64,000 nt of DNA from a candidate division WOR-3 bacterium (GTDB lineage: Bacteria > Hydrothermota > Hydrothermia > LBFQ01): positions 1 to 64,000 of the forward strand of contig JBDRWW010000006.1 in NCBI GenBank assembly GCA_039802605.1. The letters run 5' to 3'. Positions 61,129 to 64,000 of this stretch are shown here, piece after piece; the first letter of the stretch is position 1, and each line of letters starts with the position of its first letter. The notes under the pieces are model-generated. The model was not told the origin of the DNA, made no database searches, and was given only the letters and a program-made list of their open reading frames with translations. Position numbers and translations under genes: made by a program.

Positions 61129-62505
61129 ATGTTAATACTTCTATTAACCGATGCGCCATTTGGCCCAAATGTTAAGGTTTCAAACTGGGATATTAGCACG
61201 GGATTGGATCAGCTTGAAGTATCCCTTGCCAAGAGCTCTTCTTGGATAGCGGCTCATTGGATAGATACGGATTGGTCCGGATGGTTTTCCGCCAACGATT
61301 TTGCTATAAGTTCCGATGGTGGCTCTACATGGAAGTTCGTATGGTATATCAGACCCCCTGACACCGTAAACTGTTGGATAGGGGATCCATCCGTCGCTTC
61401 CGATCCCACAAATCCGGACAAGTTCTACGCAGTGGGTATGATATATTGCAACCCTTCAGATCCCAAAGGTGAGGTTTATTTCTGTAAAAACACCGGAAGG
61501 CCTGATACGATTACCAGTTGGAGTTGTTCCATACTCCCCCCTAACGACGGCTGGGCATACTTTAAGGATAAACCTTGGATAATATCACTGGGTGGGGGTG
61601 TTCTCCTTGTAAATTACACTACCGACAAGTACGGAAGTTATGAAATAGATATAGCCCGGAGTACGAATGACGGTTCAACTTGGAATACAATAAGGCTATC
61701 TGGGGTACAATCAACGGTTGCATACTTTTACAGGGATGGTTCAACTGTTTATCTATCCCAAAACAACTTTAACTCTTGGCCTAATATAGCCATAAGGGTT
61801 AGGAAATCAACGGATAACGGAGCTACTTGGACATCCTTAGGGGATGCGGTCAGTTTTAGTCCGGGCTCTTCAACATATTGTCCAAACTTTAACAGACCAG
61901 CAAAGATACACAACCATATAACCGCCCAAGGCAACAATATAGCCGTTGCCTTTATAAAACCCAACGGTTCTTATTGTAATGTAGGTGTGGCATATTCAAC
62001 GAATGGGGGTTCTACTTGGAACAACAAATATGTGGCACAGGCATCAATCGATCAGGTTCTCCCAATGATTGCGAGTTCTTCCCCTTCAAATCTATATGTT
62101 ATGTGGCAGGAAAAGGTTGGGAGTCAATGGGCCACAAAGTGGGCGTCTTCAAGCAACTGGGCAACAACCTTCTCCTCGCCGGGTAGGGTATCCGATCATA
62201 ACTATACATTTAACCAAAATCCGGCCGGCCATGACTACAACGGTTTCCTATACGATGCGGGCAATCTCTTTGCCATATGGGCAAACGACTATTACGGAGA
62301 TGATGCGGGAGCTGTTTATTTTACTAGAACCGCATATACATCCTTAGAAGAGGCTTTGGATAATGGGATTGCCGGGGAATTTGATATATATACCGTTGAT
62401 GGAAGGGTTGTTGCAAGAAATGTCAAAAACTTAAAAGAAATGCACCTGCCAAATGGTGTATATTTCTTAAAGACGGGAACGCGGGTTATAAAGGTTGTAA
62501 GATAA
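61129..62505 (+). CDS. BNR/Asp-box (sialidase-fold) protein with C-terminal sorting-like domain
   Basis: SSDGGSTW, STNDGSTW, STDNGATW, STNGGSTW and DKPWI; IYTVDGRVV...GVYFLK tail. Confidence 0.85.
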   Translation: MLILLLTDAPFGPNVKVSNWDISTGLDQLEVSLAKSSSWIAAHWIDTDWSGWFSANDFAISSDGGSTWKFVWYIRPPDTVNCWIGDPSVASDPTNPDKFYAVGMIYCNPSDPKGEVYFCKNTGRPDTITSWSCSILPPNDGWAYFKDKPWIISLGGGVLLVNYTTDKYGSYEIDIARSTNDGSTWNTIRLSGVQSTVAYFYRDGSTVYLSQNNFNSWPNIAIRVRKSTDNGATWTSLGDAVSFSPGSSTYCPNFNRPAKIHNHITAQGNNIAVAFIKPNGSYCNVGVAYSTNGGSTWNNKYVAQASIDQVLPMIASSSPSNLYVMWQEKVGSQWATKWASSSNWATTFSSPGRVSDHNYTFNQNPAGHDYNGFLYDAGNLFAIWANDYYGDDAGAVYFTRTAYTSLEEALDNGIAGEFDIYTVDGRVVARNVKNLKEMHLPNGVYFLKTGTRVIKVVR

Positions 62506-62511
62506 CCATAA

Positions 62512-62531
62512 GGGGGGTATCCCCCCTTTTT
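62512..62531 (+). terminator. Intrinsic terminator
   Basis: GGGGGG-TAT-CCCCCC followed by a T run. Confidence 0.8.
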
Positions 62532-62571
62532 CCACAAACATAAAAATCAACTATATAATACCCAGTCGTAT

Positions 62572-62645
<74 letters not shown>

Positions 62646-62648
62646 TTT

Positions 62649-62816
62649 ATGGCTAAAAAGGCACAGGGTAGGCATACGGTAGGTTTGAAGTGTGGTGAAT
62701 GCGGGCGTTTTAATTACGCTATAAGCAAAAACAGGGCGAACAGGAAAAAATTGGAGTTGCGCAAGTACTGCAAGTGGTGCAAAAAACATACAATCCATAC
62801 GGAGGGTAAGATATGA
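62649..62816 (+). CDS. rpmG: 50S ribosomal protein L33 (Zn-binding type)
   Basis: CGEC...NY...KN...LELRKYCKWCKKHTIHTE. Confidence 0.96.
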   Translation: MAKKAQGRHTVGLKCGECGRFNYAISKNRANRKKLELRKYCKWCKKHTIHTEGKI

Positions 62817-63049
62817 ATATTGTAAAGCAAATAAAAGAAACCTTTGCAAAGTTTTTCAACATAATAATCAATTTGCCCGATTTTCTTGAAGGGATGAAAG
62901 ATGAGATAAACCGTTTAACATGGCCTGATTGGAACAGCATAGTCGTCGGGACGGTAGGGGTAATAGCCATTTCGCTATTTACCACCGTTTTCGTGTGGAT
63001 TTCGGACTTCATAATTTCCCGTATATTGATGATGATAATAGGGGGTTAG
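62813..63049 (+). CDS. secE: Preprotein translocase subunit SecE
   Basis: FL..MKDEINRLTWP followed by one TM; between rpmG and nusG. Confidence 0.92.
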   Translation: MNIVKQIKETFAKFFNIIINLPDFLEGMKDEINRLTWPDWNSIVVGTVGVIAISLFTTVFVWISDFIISRILMMIIGG

Positions 63050-63051
63050 TC

Positions 63052-63963
63052 GTGACTGGGCAAAAAACCTGGCTTATATTTTGGACTAGGGGTGGAGAGG
63101 AATTAAAAACCAAGGAAAAAATAGAAAAACTTGTAAGAGATTTAAAATTGCAGGATAAAGTTGAAAAGGTGTTCGTACCCACCACTAGAACCACAAAATA
63201 CAATAAAAAGAGGGTAAAACCCAAACTTTACGATATAGTGATAAACAATTTCCCAAAAGATTTACCCTTAGAATTTCCTAAACTAATATCGGCGTATCCC
63301 TTAGGGTTTAAGGGTAAGTTGGCTGGGGGCATTGGGTACGACTACGAAGAAATTTCGAAGAACACTTATAGACTTAAGAAGTTGGACAGGAGTAGGTTAT
63401 CGGATATATTTAAAAACCTGTCCGAAAGGGGATTAAAACCCGCTATATTGGGTGTTAAGGAAAAGGAAAGTGAAGAATTGATGAATAAACTATCATCTAT
63501 GGGTTTCTCGGTTGAAAGGGTAAAAAGCGCGTTAAAACCCCAAGCTCATGAGATAGAAACACAGCCGATGGTGGTTGAAAAGCCCATGTACAAAGGTTAT
63601 ATTTTCATCTTTATGGAAGAGGATCAAGCCGTTATAGACAAAATAACCCAAATCATATCAAACACGAGGCCGATTAGGGCAACAGATCCTGCCACGGGTT
63701 TGCCCGTATATATACACGCCAGTGAGGAAGATATAAAGAAGATAGAGGAGCTGATGGCCAGGCAGGAGAGGGAAAAGAGTAGAGAGGCACCGTTTGTGAA
63801 AGGTGATAAGGTGAAAATTACCGAAGGCACTTTGAAGGGTAGAGAGGGTGAAGTGGTTGATGTGGATCTGGATAAGGGGGTTTTGACGGTTAGGGTAAGC
63901 CTTTTTGGAAGGCCACAAGAGGTTCCGGTAAAATTTACGCAGGTTGAAAGATTAGAAGTATAA
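63052..63963 (+). CDS. nusG: Transcription factor NusG with large insertion
   Basis: W...T.GGEE, VFVPT, PMYKGYIFI and KOW (GDKVKITEG...VSLFGR); GTG start after secE. Confidence 0.92.
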   Translation: MTGQKTWLIFWTRGGEELKTKEKIEKLVRDLKLQDKVEKVFVPTTRTTKYNKKRVKPKLYDIVINNFPKDLPLEFPKLISAYPLGFKGKLAGGIGYDYEEISKNTYRLKKLDRSRLSDIFKNLSERGLKPAILGVKEKESEELMNKLSSMGFSVERVKSALKPQAHEIETQPMVVEKPMYKGYIFIFMEEDQAVIDKITQIISNTRPIRATDPATGLPVYIHASEEDIKKIEELMARQEREKSREAPFVKGDKVKITEGTLKGREGEVVDVDLDKGVLTVRVSLFGRPQEVPVKFTQVERLEV

Positions 63964-63977
63964 AAAAGGGGGAAAAT

Positions 63978-64000
63978 ATGGCCAAAAAACCTAAGAAGGA
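63978..64000 (+). CDS. rplK: Start of a gene, probably ribosomal protein L11
   Basis: MAKKPKK following nusG; assigned from conserved gene order only. Confidence 0.55.

Overview
This is a gene-dense, AT-rich window from a diderm bacterial chromosome. The compact proteins, TonB receptor, many lipoproteins and C-terminal sorting-like domains suggest a thermophilic FCB-adjacent or WOR-3-like lineage, which is my inference. It carries housekeeping genes (purL, ribF, alr, folK, tsf-rpsB-rpsI-rplM, lgt, polA, gap, rsmA, acpP-fabF, asnS, panC, purM, thiL, murQ, miaB, hisS, rpmG-secE-nusG), tRNA-Leu(GAG) and tRNA-Trp(CCA). It also carries an HinfI/HpyAIV-type restriction-modification pair, tandem Uma2 nucleases, several secreted propeller or hydrolase proteins and a few decayed genes. 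I found no CRISPR array, rRNA or intact mobile element. The strongest signals concern how genes are expressed. (1) All 30 TAnAAT hexamers I found at gene starts have a C exactly 6 nt upstream, and 23 of them lie 5-11 nt before a start codon, implying leaderless mRNAs. (2) Both CCA-less tRNAs end 1-3 nt before the next start codon. (3) Many exported proteins have only a 4-9 residue uncharged hydrophobic N-terminus. (4) NusG has an insert resembling the bL12 C-terminal domain. (5) A 26-bp triple repeat sets the reading frame of a secreted lipase. (6) An unannotated ~103-nt rod-like RNA candidate lies at 60477-60579. All assignments are by eye and none was checked computationally.
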